This document shows, piece after piece, positions 10,167-20,449 of a stretch of 64,000 nt of DNA. The position numbers and the translations under genes were made by a program. Position 1 is the first letter of the stretch. Every line of letters starts with the position of its first letter. The stretch is from a virus (taxonomy: Duplodnaviria > Caudoviricetes), in IMG/VR virus record IMGVR_UViG_3300032007_000001. The stretch is one strand, 5' to 3'. The notes under the pieces were generated by a model. That model was given only the letters and a program-made list of their open reading frames with translations, searched no databases and was not told the DNA's origin.

Positions 10167-10793
10167 ATGAATTATATAGAATTGGAAGATTTGGATAATA
10201 TCATTTTTAGAAACAAAACTTATTTTAAGCATCTTGGCTATATACATAGCAATAAATTTATTAATGAAATTTTCAATACGACAAGCAATAAATACAATAT
10301 TTTCTTTTTCAAAGAAAGTATAAAAAATGGCATAAATATTAAGCATTATATTACAAGAAGAAACAAAAAAATAATAGCATATTGGCTTCATAGAAAACAA
10401 TGCTCGAGGATTTTGCAATGTTTCGATGAATTTATGATACATCATAGTATTCTTACAGACTTCGATGAAAAAAATGTAGATAAAAAATACATAAAAGAAT
10501 TTTGGGAAAATCATTCCATCGAAGAAATAGAAAACATGGATGAACAATGGTTTTTTGACCGTATGTTTTTTTATTCAAGAGTAATAGATTATTGGCATGT
10601 TTCTGACCCATATTATGCAAAAAATATGAGAAAAAAAGATGTTGATATTATTTTGTCAAGGGATTTTAGTAAGGCAAAATACTTGAGAGTAACGCCTGGC
10701 CAATGGAGAACAGAATATTGGCTCGAACCATTTTTTGATAAAAAGAATTTTGGCAATTTATATGATAGAAGTATATTCGGTTGGTTTTTATAA
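10167..10793 (+). CDS. ~205-aa 'MNY' paralog family member 1
   Basis: Shares MNY(I/L)(E/D), W.F(D/E)R..F and F.KK..G...D with 16121 and 37372; ends IFGWFL*. Confidence 0.75.
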   Translation: MNYIELEDLDNIIFRNKTYFKHLGYIHSNKFINEIFNTTSNKYNIFFFKESIKNGINIKHYITRRNKKIIAYWLHRKQCSRILQCFDEFMIHHSILTDFDEKNVDKKYIKEFWENHSIEEIENMDEQWFFDRMFFYSRVIDYWHVSDPYYAKNMRKKDVDIILSRDFSKAKYLRVTPGQWRTEYWLEPFFDKKNFGNLYDRSIFGWFL

Positions 10794-10802
10794 GGAGAAA
10801 CA

Positions 10803-11105
10803 ATGAATTTTAAGAACAAAAAAATATATAAAATTGATAACAAATATATTGCTATCAAATATTATTTGTATGAAGGAGACAATAAAATATATATTATTAT
10901 GTCTAAGAATAAATGTTTTGCTGAACACATGCATGGAGAATATTCTTTTGAAACGCCAACAATCGATGATATGTATTTGCACAACCTAAAAATAGAAAAG
11001 GATTTTTACATAACTGGGAAAGATGTTGGATTAAGAGATTTATTAAGATTAAATGTTGTTGTTAACGATTTTGTAAAATCATTGAATATATATTTTGGTT
11101 TGTAG
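10803..11105 (+). CDS. C-terminal GL family protein
   Basis: AAGGAG RBS; ends NIYFGL*. Confidence 0.72.
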   Translation: MNFKNKKIYKIDNKYIAIKYYLYEGDNKIYIIMSKNKCFAEHMHGEYSFETPTIDDMYLHNLKIEKDFYITGKDVGLRDLLRLNVVVNDFVKSLNIYFGL

Positions 11106-11190
11106 CGTGCAGTTTTTTATGCATAGAAAAAAATATTGATTTTCTATATAAAAACGTACTAATGGTTCACATTTCGCGAGATAAAATTTA
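11104..11190 (+). repeat. Dispersed ~90-bp intergenic element, copy A
   Basis: AGCGTGCAGTTTT...ACTAATGGTTCACA...CGAGATAAAA; related copies at 38545-38629 (-) and 56358-56441 (-). Confidence 0.8.
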
Positions 11191-11232
11191 TAAAAAAATT
11201 TAAGATATTAAAAAAATAAAAGGAGAATTACA

Positions 11233-11445
11233 ATGAGATTAGATGCATATGATTTAATAAATCAAGTAAAAGGATTGTCTGGCGATGAAAAAACAAAACA
11301 GACAGTAATTAGTTTACTTTACGCATTAAATGACCACGGATATAATTTTACTGTTTGCGATAGATGTGGTACAATAACAGATGAAAAATATGTATGCAGA
11401 AATTGTGGATACGATGATTCCATGATTGAGGATGACAGAGATTAA
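11233..11445 (+). CDS. Small Zn-ribbon protein
   Basis: CDRCG...CRNCG; AAGGAG RBS. Confidence 0.65.
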   Translation: MRLDAYDLINQVKGLSGDEKTKQTVISLLYALNDHGYNFTVCDRCGTITDEKYVCRNCGYDDSMIEDDRD

Positions 11446-11500
11446 AGAATATGAGCATATTTATTTTCGATATGCTCTTTTAAGTTGAAAGGAGAAATAT

Positions 11501-11761
11501 ATGAAAAGATATTGGGGCGTTATGCCAGGTGATGAAATAGACAAAACATTATATTTTAAGGAAGAAAATGGTACCAATGTAATCATTGATGTTGGCAAGA
11601 ATGGATGGACCGTTACATTTTGCGACCGTTCTATGATATATAAAGATAAGACACAAGATGTTCTTGACAATCTTAGAGATGCTATAAAACAAGCAGAATT
11701 TAAGGTTGGAAAGTTAACATTGATTTACAATACAGATAAAGAACTGGAAGAATTTAGATGA
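11501..11761 (+). CDS. Hypothetical protein
   Basis: AAAGGAG RBS. Confidence 0.65.
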   Translation: MKRYWGVMPGDEIDKTLYFKEENGTNVIIDVGKNGWTVTFCDRSMIYKDKTQDVLDNLRDAIKQAEFKVGKLTLIYNTDKELEEFR

Positions 11762-11848
11762 TCTTAAAAATATTGCTTAATGGATATTTTGTTGGTCTTA
11801 TTACAGGAATAATTATAACAGCAGTTGTTGGGGTTATAATAACAAAAA

Positions 11849-12160
11849 ATGAAGAAGACGATTCAGATAAATAAAACGGCATTTATTGATTTTATTCTTA
11901 TAAAAAATAAAGTTGTGAATTCATATCTTGATTGTTATACAATAAAATATTTTATTTACTGTAATGAGGGTGTAATTACAAAAGGTGATATAAACGTTTT
12001 TTCATTAAGAGATATTATTTTTGGAAAAACTGATTTATGCATTAAATTTATACATTCTACATCATATAAGGAATTAGCAAAAATTGATTATAAAACATAC
12101 ATTTTCAGTGCGATTCAAGAATATAGAAAATATATGATTAAAAGGTTTATAGGATATTAA
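11849..12160 (+). CDS. C-terminal GL family protein
   Basis: Ends KRFIGY*. Confidence 0.7.
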   Translation: MKKTIQINKTAFIDFILIKNKVVNSYLDCYTIKYFIYCNEGVITKGDINVFSLRDIIFGKTDLCIKFIHSTSYKELAKIDYKTYIFSAIQEYRKYMIKRFIGY

Positions 12161-12161
12161 G

Positions 12162-12488
12162 ATGAAAGAAATGACAATTCCAATAAACGAAAAAACGAAT
12201 ATATATTTAAGCTTAAATAAATTTAGAACAAATCATATTAGAAATTATTTGTTTGAATATAAAATTTTTGATAAAAAAGAATCAATATCTGGTAGTATTG
12301 GTTCTTTTTCTATAAATGAATTTTCTTTTGAAAATATAAATTTGCATGGACATTTCTTAGAATCTATATATATGAAATCACCCAAAACTGAAAAAATTTA
12401 TGATACTATAATAAGTGAAAAACATAATATTTATAGAGCAATGCTTTTATATAGAAGATTTATAATTAAAATGAATATTGGGTTGTGA
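12162..12488 (+). CDS. C-terminal GL family protein
   Basis: Ends KMNIGL*. Confidence 0.7.
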   Translation: MKEMTIPINEKTNIYLSLNKFRTNHIRNYLFEYKIFDKKESISGSIGSFSINEFSFENINLHGHFLESIYMKSPKTEKIYDTIISEKHNIYRAMLLYRRFIIKMNIGL

Positions 12489-12499
12489 GGAGTAATAAA

Positions 12500-12712
12500 A
12501 TGAAAAACGATAATTTGAAATTTTTAAGAGAAATGTACCCAAAAGGAACAAAGGTACAATTGGATTTTATGGATGATATTCAAGCTCCTCATATTGGAAG
12601 TATTGGAATAGTAGAATGCGTTGATGATGCTTGTCAAATTCATGTTAAATGGGAAAACGGTTCTCGTCTGGCGTTAATATCAGAATGCGATAAATTTCAT
12701 ATTGTGGAGTGA
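12500..12712 (+). CDS. DUF4314-like small SH3-type protein
   Basis: YPKGTKVQLDFMDD..AP.IG..G.V..VDD..QIHVKWENGS.LALI pattern. Confidence 0.75.
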   Translation: MKNDNLKFLREMYPKGTKVQLDFMDDIQAPHIGSIGIVECVDDACQIHVKWENGSRLALISECDKFHIVE

Positions 12713-12989
12713 AAAAAATGATAAAAGAAAAAGACATTATAATGTTCAATACTTTAATGAAACAATTAAATGATTTACAAGAAAAAATAAAAGATTATAA
12801 TCAAAACGCTTCTATAAATTTGTTTTCGTGTTGTGATAAAAATGAGAATGATTATTGTGCTCTATTTATAACAGATGGAAATGTCAAAGAAATAAAAAAT
12901 ATATTTATCACTGGCAAAAAATTAGAAAACGCAGAATTCTATAGTAGAAGTGATATAAAAACATTGATAGAAAATATAAAGGAAAAATT

Positions 12990-13313
12990 ATGAATACAAC
13001 CATGCAAATTAATGATATTATAATAGAAATTGATATCATTAAAAATGGTGCAATAAGAATATATTACACTATTTATGATGGAAAAGACATTATAAAAAAT
13101 TGGTTTGTTTGTGAAGAATTACATAGATATATGTCCTGTTGGGAAAATATGTTCTATTGGGAAAGTATGGTTAATGCTTTTTTAAGAAATTTAAGTATTT
13201 ATTATGAACGACCAATATATAAAAAAATCAAATATAATAATGATTATTTGGTATTTTTAAGCGAATTGGAAAAATTTTTCGATAAATATGTAAGAATATG
13301 TTGTGGATTATAA
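12990..13313 (+). CDS. C-terminal GL family protein
   Basis: Ends VRICCGL*. Confidence 0.7.
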   Translation: MNTTMQINDIIIEIDIIKNGAIRIYYTIYDGKDIIKNWFVCEELHRYMSCWENMFYWESMVNAFLRNLSIYYERPIYKKIKYNNDYLVFLSELEKFFDKYVRICCGL

Positions 13314-13570
13314 GGAGAAATAAATGAATAAATCAAGAGCAAAAATTATTGGATTAAATGCATGTATCGATGCAATTGGAAGAGAGTATTATTTTGAACA
13401 TAAAAAAGACGCAATGTCATGTTATGGCATTGTTGGAAACGAAATGATGTGTGTCGCTGGTATTGGGAAAATAAAACGAAATTTTGGAGAAATAGATGAA
13501 TTTGAGAAACAGGTTATATGTTACGTTAATTTAACAACTGGTAAAGTTAGATTTTAAGAGGAGACATATA

Positions 13571-13909
13571 ATGGTAGCACATATAGGTGGGAAAAAATGC
13601 AAAGTAAACGCTTCTTTCAAAGACAACAATGATTGCTATTCTGATTTATTTAGATTATTAGTCGTAATTACTGGGAATAGATATAACAATGATAATGACG
13701 GTGAAAGATTTTCGTTTTCTTTTGTATTGCCAAGAAATGTAAATAAAATAAAACAATATATAGATGCATCAATTTATTTGAATGTTGGATTAATAAGAAC
13801 TTCATGTAGTCAACAACATATGAAAATGTTTTTATTGGAACATAAAAATGAAATTGCAAATTTGGCTATAAAATCTTATATATATGGAATTAAAAAACAT
13901 GGGATGTAA
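13571..13909 (+). CDS. C-terminal GL family protein (GM variant)
   Basis: GAGGAG RBS; ends IKKHGM*. Confidence 0.65.
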   Translation: MVAHIGGKKCKVNASFKDNNDCYSDLFRLLVVITGNRYNNDNDGERFSFSFVLPRNVNKIKQYIDASIYLNVGLIRTSCSQQHMKMFLLEHKNEIANLAIKSYIYGIKKHGM

Positions 13910-13958
13910 TAGTAATGGAAAAATTATTATAAAAAAATAAAATTTATTTACTTTTCTA

Positions 13959-13987
13959 TTTACATTTTTTTAATTTTGTTGTATAAT
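13959..13987 (+). promoter_or_regulatory. sigmaA-type promoter
   Basis: TTTACA-N17-TATAAT. Confidence 0.75.
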
Positions 13988-14020
13988 GATAATGTAAATA
14001 TTTTATTTTGAGGAGAAATT

Positions 14021-14971
14021 ATGAAAAACAATATCTTATATACTCATGATGATTTAGATGGAGTTGGTTGTGCTATTCTAGCAAAACTTGCTTTTGAAGA
14101 TGACGTTGATATTGTTTATTGCAAAGATAAGGATGAATGTACAAAATCTTTACTTTCTCTTATCCCAAACCATTTATTCAAGGCTTGTGAAAGGATTTTT
14201 GTAACAGATTTAAGTTTTGATAAAGAAAAATTTAGTGAAAACAAAAAAATTTTTTCCAAACTTAAAATATTTGACCATCATGAAACAGCTATCGTTGATT
14301 TTGAAAAAGAAAAATATGCATATGTAAAAAAAGACATTGACGGTGTCCAAACATGCGGAACAGAATTGTTTTATATTTATTTGAAAAGAAAAGGTTTTAT
14401 TGAAGATAGAAATTTTTTCGTTGAACAAATTAGATTATACGATACTTGGGAATGGAATAAATTCCCAAGCAAATTACCGTATTATCTTAATCTTTTAAGG
14501 TATACAATTGGAATTACTGGATTTGTCAATACATTTACAGAAAGATTAATGAAAAATGATGTTAATGAACTTAACATTTTTAATCAATATGAAAGAGATA
14601 TTATTGAACTTAAATTAAAAGAAAACGAAAGAGAAATAAAAAATTATTTATCAGATGTTAGAAGAGTAAAAACGAAGTATGGTACATTTGGATTTGTATT
14701 CGTTGGAAACAACTGTGATGTATCAAATCTTGGACATGCAATTTGTGATTTAGAAGATATTGATATTGCGGTTATGGCAAAACCAAATTCTGGTAAAATG
14801 TCATTTAGGACAAACAGAAACGATATTCACATTGGATTAATGTTAAAAGAATTATTTGGTGATTCTGCTGGTGGGCATTCTTCAAGTGCTGGTTGCAAAG
14901 TAAAAGATATGACTGTGCAAAGAGTAATTTGTCAAATGATGCAACCATTTGGGAATATTGAAATAGATTAA
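14021..14971 (+). CDS. DHH/DHHA1 phosphoesterase (NrnB-like oligoribonuclease)
   Basis: THDDLDGVGC, VTDLS, FDHH, YDTW, SFRT, GGH motifs. Confidence 0.88.
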   Translation: MKNNILYTHDDLDGVGCAILAKLAFEDDVDIVYCKDKDECTKSLLSLIPNHLFKACERIFVTDLSFDKEKFSENKKIFSKLKIFDHHETAIVDFEKEKYAYVKKDIDGVQTCGTELFYIYLKRKGFIEDRNFFVEQIRLYDTWEWNKFPSKLPYYLNLLRYTIGITGFVNTFTERLMKNDVNELNIFNQYERDIIELKLKENEREIKNYLSDVRRVKTKYGTFGFVFVGNNCDVSNLGHAICDLEDIDIAVMAKPNSGKMSFRTNRNDIHIGLMLKELFGDSAGGHSSSAGCKVKDMTVQRVICQMMQPFGNIEID

Positions 14972-14973
14972 AA

Positions 14974-15381
14974 ATGAAAACAAAAATTGTTCGAAAAAAT
15001 GAAAAAGATATTGAAATTAAGGTTTTGTTTAGTGGAGAAACTAATGCAAAAGTATTTATTAAGATTCAATATGATGAAATTTATATAAGAGAACCATCAA
15101 AGTACCACACTCTTTTATTTAATTTCTATTTTTTCAGAGATTTTTTACAAAAGATAGACGAACATGTATATAATGTAATACTTTATCATTTTTTGAAAAA
15201 GAAAGATAAAAAAGTAGATGATGAAACAATTTCCCAAAATTTTTTTTGGACAGAAAATGGAGAAGAGGAATGTAATGAACACAACAATCATTTACAAACA
15301 TTCATATTAGATAGAATAGACGTTATAACAAATTCATTAAAAGATGCTTATTTATTAACAATACGTAAGAATGGTTTTTAA
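14974..15381 (+). CDS. C-terminal GL family protein
   Basis: Ends IRKNGF*. Confidence 0.68.
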   Translation: MKTKIVRKNEKDIEIKVLFSGETNAKVFIKIQYDEIYIREPSKYHTLLFNFYFFRDFLQKIDEHVYNVILYHFLKKKDKKVDDETISQNFFWTENGEEECNEHNNHLQTFILDRIDVITNSLKDAYLLTIRKNGF

Positions 15382-15384
15382 GAG

Positions 15385-15774
15385 GTGATTATTATGACAG
15401 CGGCTAACAGCAAGGTTTATCAGAAAAATATTTTCGCAATGGGCAAGCTTATCAAAAAGAAAAGAGAAGAATATAACATATCTGCAAAATTTTTAGCTAC
15501 AGTGGCAAATGTAGATGTTTCTGTTATTCATAAATTGGAAAACGAACATGCACCAGCCAGTATAGAAGTCATTGAGAGGCTCATTGTGGCTCTTGAATTT
15601 ACACACAAATTGAATGCTATGGCAAATTTGTATGATGATTTGGATGAACATGAAAAAGCAGAATCGATGAGAAAAGCAAGACCGTTGTTTGAAAAACGGA
15701 AAATGCAGAAACTCTTAGATAAGCCTCTTGGTTCATTTAAGATTATTCACCCATTAGCAAAAAAAGAGGCGTAA
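15385..15774 (+). CDS. XRE-family helix-turn-helix protein
   Basis: IKKKREEYNISAKFLATVANVDVSVIHKLEN...SIEVIERL. Confidence 0.75.
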   Translation: MIIMTAANSKVYQKNIFAMGKLIKKKREEYNISAKFLATVANVDVSVIHKLENEHAPASIEVIERLIVALEFTHKLNAMANLYDDLDEHEKAESMRKARPLFEKRKMQKLLDKPLGSFKIIHPLAKKEA

Positions 15775-15800
15775 AGCCTCTTTTTTAATGGAGAAAAAAT

Positions 15801-16112
15801 ATGATTAACTTAAAAAATATAAGAATAAAAAATCACGAATATAAAATTTTTAATGATGAACAATATAATGCAACCATTTATTACGAAATTGATTATAAAG
15901 AAATGGAATTTAAGAATTTTGTTCTTGCTGATACAATAAAATTTTCTCATGATAAATTTAAGAAAAGAGTCCTTGGATCTTTGCATAAATTTTCAAATTA
16001 TGTTGAATTTTGGTTTTTTGTTCAAAAACATATAGATGCAATTGCATTCGAACTAGCTTTTGTAACTGGTAAAAAACTTAAACACTATGAAATAAGTAAT
16101 GATGGATTATAG
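15801..16112 (+). CDS. C-terminal GL family protein
   Basis: Ends SNDGL*. Confidence 0.65.
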   Translation: MINLKNIRIKNHEYKIFNDEQYNATIYYEIDYKEMEFKNFVLADTIKFSHDKFKKRVLGSLHKFSNYVEFWFFVQKHIDAIAFELAFVTGKKLKHYEISNDGL

Positions 16113-16120
16113 GAGGTTAT

Positions 16121-16777
16121 ATGAATTATTTGGATTTAGAAACATTGACAGAAAAAGAGAGAAATACAAGAAGATTATCTAGAAAATTTAAGAAACAAAA
16201 TTTATATACTCCTCAATATCTTTGGTATTATTTGAAACACTCTACAAAATATAAATTTAATACAATGCCGGTTTTGTTAGCCATAAAAAATTTTGATTAT
16301 AATATTAATCATATAATTACTAGAGAAAATAAAAAAAATAAAACATGGTGGCTCAACGCTCATCAAACATATAAATTTATCGTTCATTTTGATTTTTATT
16401 TATCAAATGAATTACCATTTGCTTATAGCGTTGAACAAACGAATGAAAAATTCTTAAATCCATATATAAAAAAATTTATAAAATCAAAAAATATAAAATA
16501 CATGGAAAATACAGATAATCAATGGTTATTTGACCGCGCATATTTTTTTTGGCAATGCGAAGAATATGAAATGAGCAAACATTATTGTAATGTACATGCT
16601 CCTAAAACATTAAAAGATGATGAAATAACATCATTGAATTTAAGAGAATATAGAATAATAAATAATTTTCCAATTGAAGAATCTAGAATGAAAGTTCAAT
16701 TAGAGCCAATCTTTTCAAAAAAAGAAATTGGTAAAATGTTTGATTATAGAACATTTGGATATTATTGTGGATTATGA
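16121..16777 (+). CDS. ~205-aa 'MNY' paralog family member 2
   Basis: AGGAGG RBS; paralog of 10167 and 37372; ends GYYCGL*. Confidence 0.75.
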   Translation: MNYLDLETLTEKERNTRRLSRKFKKQNLYTPQYLWYYLKHSTKYKFNTMPVLLAIKNFDYNINHIITRENKKNKTWWLNAHQTYKFIVHFDFYLSNELPFAYSVEQTNEKFLNPYIKKFIKSKNIKYMENTDNQWLFDRAYFFWQCEEYEMSKHYCNVHAPKTLKDDEITSLNLREYRIINNFPIEESRMKVQLEPIFSKKEIGKMFDYRTFGYYCGL

Positions 16778-16858
16778 AAATTGTATAAACAAAATTTTGC
16801 CGCTTATAAGCGGCATTTTATTTACATTTGTTCACACATAATATAATATAAATATTAG

Positions 16859-17185
16859 GTGATAATGATGAAAAATAAAAAAATGTTAGGAACATTAACA
16901 ATTGAAAACATCATTAATGACGCAATTTATAAAAATGGAAAAATTGGATTTTGCGATGCTGAAAACGTTATGATGATTTTCATTACATTGGAGAATATGC
17001 AATTTTTCGTTATTGGAATGTATGAATTACTTACACATGATAGATATGATAAAACGTCAAAAGATTCAATGTTTGAAGTATATACTAATGAAGAAAAACA
17101 TTTTTTAACTATAAATAAATACAAAATTTTAACGTCTATCAACAATTTCTTAAAAAGTTACTATAAATTAAAAGGCGGCATATAA
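16859..17185 (+). CDS. C-terminal GL family protein (GI variant)
   Basis: Ends KLKGGI*. Confidence 0.65.
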   Translation: MIMMKNKKMLGTLTIENIINDAIYKNGKIGFCDAENVMMIFITLENMQFFVIGMYELLTHDRYDKTSKDSMFEVYTNEEKHFLTINKYKILTSINNFLKSYYKLKGGI

Positions 17186-17186
17186 A

Positions 17187-17477
17187 ATGTTCTTAAAGAA
17201 TACTAATAAAAATCCTGATTTTATTGAGTATAGTGAACATTTTTATATAAAAAACATTTATATTAACGTTAATTATCAACCAAATAGACATACATATAAT
17301 CTTTATTATAAAATAGATTCGATTTATAATATTATGAGATATACATTAAAATTGTTTGACAAAAAAATGTTTGATAAATACGCAAAAGGATATATTCATT
17401 TATGCGATATAAAAGAAGAAATATATGAAAAAATCTTAGAACAAAAAAATTTCATTGTAAATAAATTTGGATATTAA
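17187..17477 (+). CDS. C-terminal GL family protein
   Basis: Ends VNKFGY*. Confidence 0.68.
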   Translation: MFLKNTNKNPDFIEYSEHFYIKNIYINVNYQPNRHTYNLYYKIDSIYNIMRYTLKLFDKKMFDKYAKGYIHLCDIKEEIYEKILEQKNFIVNKFGY

Positions 17478-17788
17478 AGGAGAGTTATTATGCAATCGGA
17501 AATAACATCATTACAAATTTCATTATCTTCAAATAATTATAAAAGCGATTATATCAATTTAGTACAAATCAATAATGTAGATATAGATGTAGACATTCTT
17601 ACATTTACTGGTCATATTTTTTTAGATTATTGGTTTGATTTTTCTATTGATATGACACATAAAATGTATGAAAAGACTTCGCGCCAAGAAGTTGTTGATG
17701 CTATTTATAATTCTTTTTATAAAGGAAAATTACACAATATATTGTGTGGCGTTGTTGAAATAGCAAATAAAAACACAATAGAAATAAA

Positions 17789-18082
17789 ATGAAATTCAAA
17801 GATAAAAGCAAAAACAAAATAATCATTACAAATATAGAAATTGCATATGATAATCCAAAATATTTAGAGATAAAAATAATTGACGAAAACAAAAAATCAT
17901 TTAAGTTTTATGCTCATATTTTTAATATTTTTGGAATCAACGTATGCACAGATGCTTTTGCAAGTTTGAAACAAAAATTAAAAGAACAATCGATTTATAT
18001 AGAAAATGATTTTAAGAGAATGATAAAAGTACACATAAAAGAATTTATGATGAAAAATAGTATTTATTTCATTGGATTATGA
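17789..18082 (+). CDS. C-terminal GL family protein
   Basis: Ends IYFIGL*. Confidence 0.7.
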   Translation: MKFKDKSKNKIIITNIEIAYDNPKYLEIKIIDENKKSFKFYAHIFNIFGINVCTDAFASLKQKLKEQSIYIENDFKRMIKVHIKEFMMKNSIYFIGL

Positions 18083-18238
18083 ATAAAGAAACAATCATAG
18101 AAATACTTGAAAATGAAATCAATTGCGTTAAAGCTGCAGAATATTGCACCAGAGAATGTAATAAATGTTTTCTCGTTAAAAAGCCTGAAGACATTATAAA
18201 TGCTTTAACTGTAGCTATAAAAACATTGGAGAAAAACT

Positions 18239-18595
18239 ATGGAATTGATTGATGTAAAAATATTGAAATCGCATTATCAATTTACTTTTTTACACAATAG
18301 TAAGAAAAGTAATAATGTATATAATATTTTTATTTTCATCAAAAAAAATGGATTAATTAAAATAGGTAAACGCACTACTTATCATTCTGATGATATTTTT
18401 TTAAGTGCAACATGTTATTCATTTAGATATGGGAGAAGCGAATCGTATAAATGTTATTTTGACTTATCAAAACAACAAATGGATGATATAGCAAATACGT
18501 TGAAATATGAACTTGGTTTATATAAAAGAAGCACAAAAAAGATGTTGAATATATTCTTAAATCACGAACTTACGAAAAAAGTTGTTGGACTTTGA
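18239..18595 (+). CDS. C-terminal GL family protein
   Basis: Ends KKVVGL*. Confidence 0.7.
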   Translation: MELIDVKILKSHYQFTFLHNSKKSNNVYNIFIFIKKNGLIKIGKRTTYHSDDIFLSATCYSFRYGRSESYKCYFDLSKQQMDDIANTLKYELGLYKRSTKKMLNIFLNHELTKKVVGL

Positions 18596-18647
18596 ATTTT
18601 TTACAATACATGGTTTACAAATGATTTTTTTATGATATAATAAATTA

Positions 18648-18825
18648 CGGTTGGAATGAATTAAGTGCTTTTTTGGCGGCTCCTTTCGGCAAATGCTTAA
18701 TTCGTGAAAACTCTTCGTCATTGGATTTGGATTTCGGATTGATAACACATATCCCTGAACCAATTCGGAATCCTCTCCTCAAAATTAAGACCAACACTTA
18801 ATTTGCTTAGTGTTGGTCATTTTTT
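18648..18825 (+). ncRNA. Putative two-hairpin sRNA with anti-SD loop (copy 1)
   Basis: Own promoter 18614-18641 and terminator 18789-18825, no sense ORF; stem GAATTAAGT/GCTTAATTC enclosing CTCCTTT; 19-nt linker shared with 29240-29390. Confidence 0.65.
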
Positions 18826-18885
18826 ATTTTTCAAAACAATAAATATATTTTTTTATTAGAATAAAAATAGAAAGGAGAATCAATT

Positions 18886-19182
18886 ATGCCCAATTTTTAT
18901 AGTCCAAAAGGTAATTATGAAGTTTGGGACAAAAAACCTAAAGGTTATTTTACATAAAAAGAATGGTTAAAAATACATCCTCCAGAAGTATATGTTCCAA
19001 CAAAAGAAGAACAACTTCAAAGTTTAGATATAACATATGAAAATCAAAAAAATGAATTGATTAAGCAATACAATGACGATATCATGCATCAAGATACTAA
19101 CGCTGCTAATAATGATATTACAGCCATGCAGGAATTAGATGCATGGTATGATGAAGAATATAATAAAATAAAAGGAGAATGA
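18886..19182 (+). pseudogene. Tail-fibre assembly/accessory-like gene with in-frame TAA at codon 24
   Basis: AAAGGAG RBS; MPNFYSPKGNYEVWDKKPKGYFT*KEWLKIHPPE... stays open to TGA 19182. Confidence 0.65.
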
Positions 19183-19186
19183 GATT

Positions 19187-19315
19187 ATGTCAGTAGTAAA
19201 AAAACGTTGCATTCGTTGCAGAAAACCTCTTAGAGAAGATGGGACTTGCCAAAATCCAGAATGTGTAAGATATACTCCACACAAAGAGGAAGAAGACAAA
19301 AAGGAAGACAAATAG
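19187..19315 (+). CDS. 42-aa Cys4 zinc-finger peptide
   Basis: MSVVKKRCIRCRKPLREDGTCQNPECVRY...; AAAGGAG RBS; followed by terminator. Confidence 0.65.
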   Translation: MSVVKKRCIRCRKPLREDGTCQNPECVRYTPHKEEEDKKEDK

Positions 19316-19371
19316 TCTTCCTTTTTTATTTTAAAATTTTAATATCAATCTATATTAGTATTGAAAAATAA

Positions 19372-20385
19372 TTGATTGGTGATTTAATGTCAAACTTAAA
19401 TGATATAATTAATTACGGAACTGCAAAATTCAAAGTTGTAAGAAACGTAACGTCTGAAAATATGGGCAATTTTTCTTATGTCCCGGTTCCACTCGGTTCA
19501 ATTATTCCATATTCTGTTAATTCTTTAACACCTCCAAAAGGTTTTTTGTTTTGTGATGGTTCTGAAATTTCTCGTACAACTTATAATGATTTATTTAATG
19601 TAATAGGAACAACATATGGTTATGGAGACGAAGAAACAACTTTTAATCTTCCAAACTTAACGTCCGGTGAATTTCTTGAAAGTGGTTTAACGGCTGGAAC
19701 AAAACATACAGCAGGACTTCCAAATATCATTGGAACTCATACTGGTATTGTTGGAGACTTTCAAACAGGAACAGGGGCAATCCAAGTAACTCACGTCAAA
19801 AATGGTTATGCCACTGGCGGAGGACAAATATTTGATCTATCATTTGATGCTTCTAAATCTAATTCAATATATGGAAATTCAACAACAGTTCAACCAAAAT
19901 CTTTAACTGTAAAATACATTATAAAAGCATTTAATCCATTGATTGATGATGATTTATTTGTAGATGCAAATGAATTAAATAATACATTAAACAAAAAATT
20001 TGATGTAACAAAAGATTTTACAATTATATATCCAAACAATGGTACAGCGTCAAATCCAGCTAATGTGAGTTGTAATAACAGATATGTTGAGTCAAATCCA
20101 TTTCCAGGATATTATGTGCGTTGTCAGGTCGAAGTATATCAAGGAAACGAATGGGGAGTATCTCATTATGAAGGTTACAGAGAGATGGCAACTACAGCTG
20201 TTTATTATGGTGTAGGAATATATTGTTATCAACATAATGATAATAGTATAGTACTTGTTACTGGTACTCATTTAATTGGACAATCAGAACATATACATGA
20301 TGTTCATCCAAATACATTTAATTTTCCAAGTCTTTCTCAAAGCGTACCATGCAGAGTAAAAGTTTGGAAAATAGGAAAAATATAA
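19372..20385 (+). CDS. Phage tail-collar domain protein (tail-fibre-like)
   Basis: VPLGSIIPY...PKGFLFCDGSEISRTTYNDLFNVIGTTYG.GD..TTFNLPNL and TVQPKSLTVKYIIKA. Confidence 0.88.
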   Translation: MIGDLMSNLNDIINYGTAKFKVVRNVTSENMGNFSYVPVPLGSIIPYSVNSLTPPKGFLFCDGSEISRTTYNDLFNVIGTTYGYGDEETTFNLPNLTSGEFLESGLTAGTKHTAGLPNIIGTHTGIVGDFQTGTGAIQVTHVKNGYATGGGQIFDLSFDASKSNSIYGNSTTVQPKSLTVKYIIKAFNPLIDDDLFVDANELNNTLNKKFDVTKDFTIIYPNNGTASNPANVSCNNRYVESNPFPGYYVRCQVEVYQGNEWGVSHYEGYREMATTAVYYGVGIYCYQHNDNSIVLVTGTHLIGQSEHIHDVHPNTFNFPSLSQSVPCRVKVWKIGKI

Positions 20386-20449
20386 AATTTTTTGTAATTT
20401 ATGGTTTACTTTTTAATTTCTTGTGATATAATAAACAAGTAAATGTAAT

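Noticed and set aside
8720-18595. GL tail as a by-product of the next gene's Shine-Dalgarno or an integron-like DNA site
   Set aside because: Gly and Leu codons and stops vary synonymously; the GG is too close to overlapping ATGs to act as an SD; last genes of arrays keep the tail; no attC-like palindromes or integrase seen
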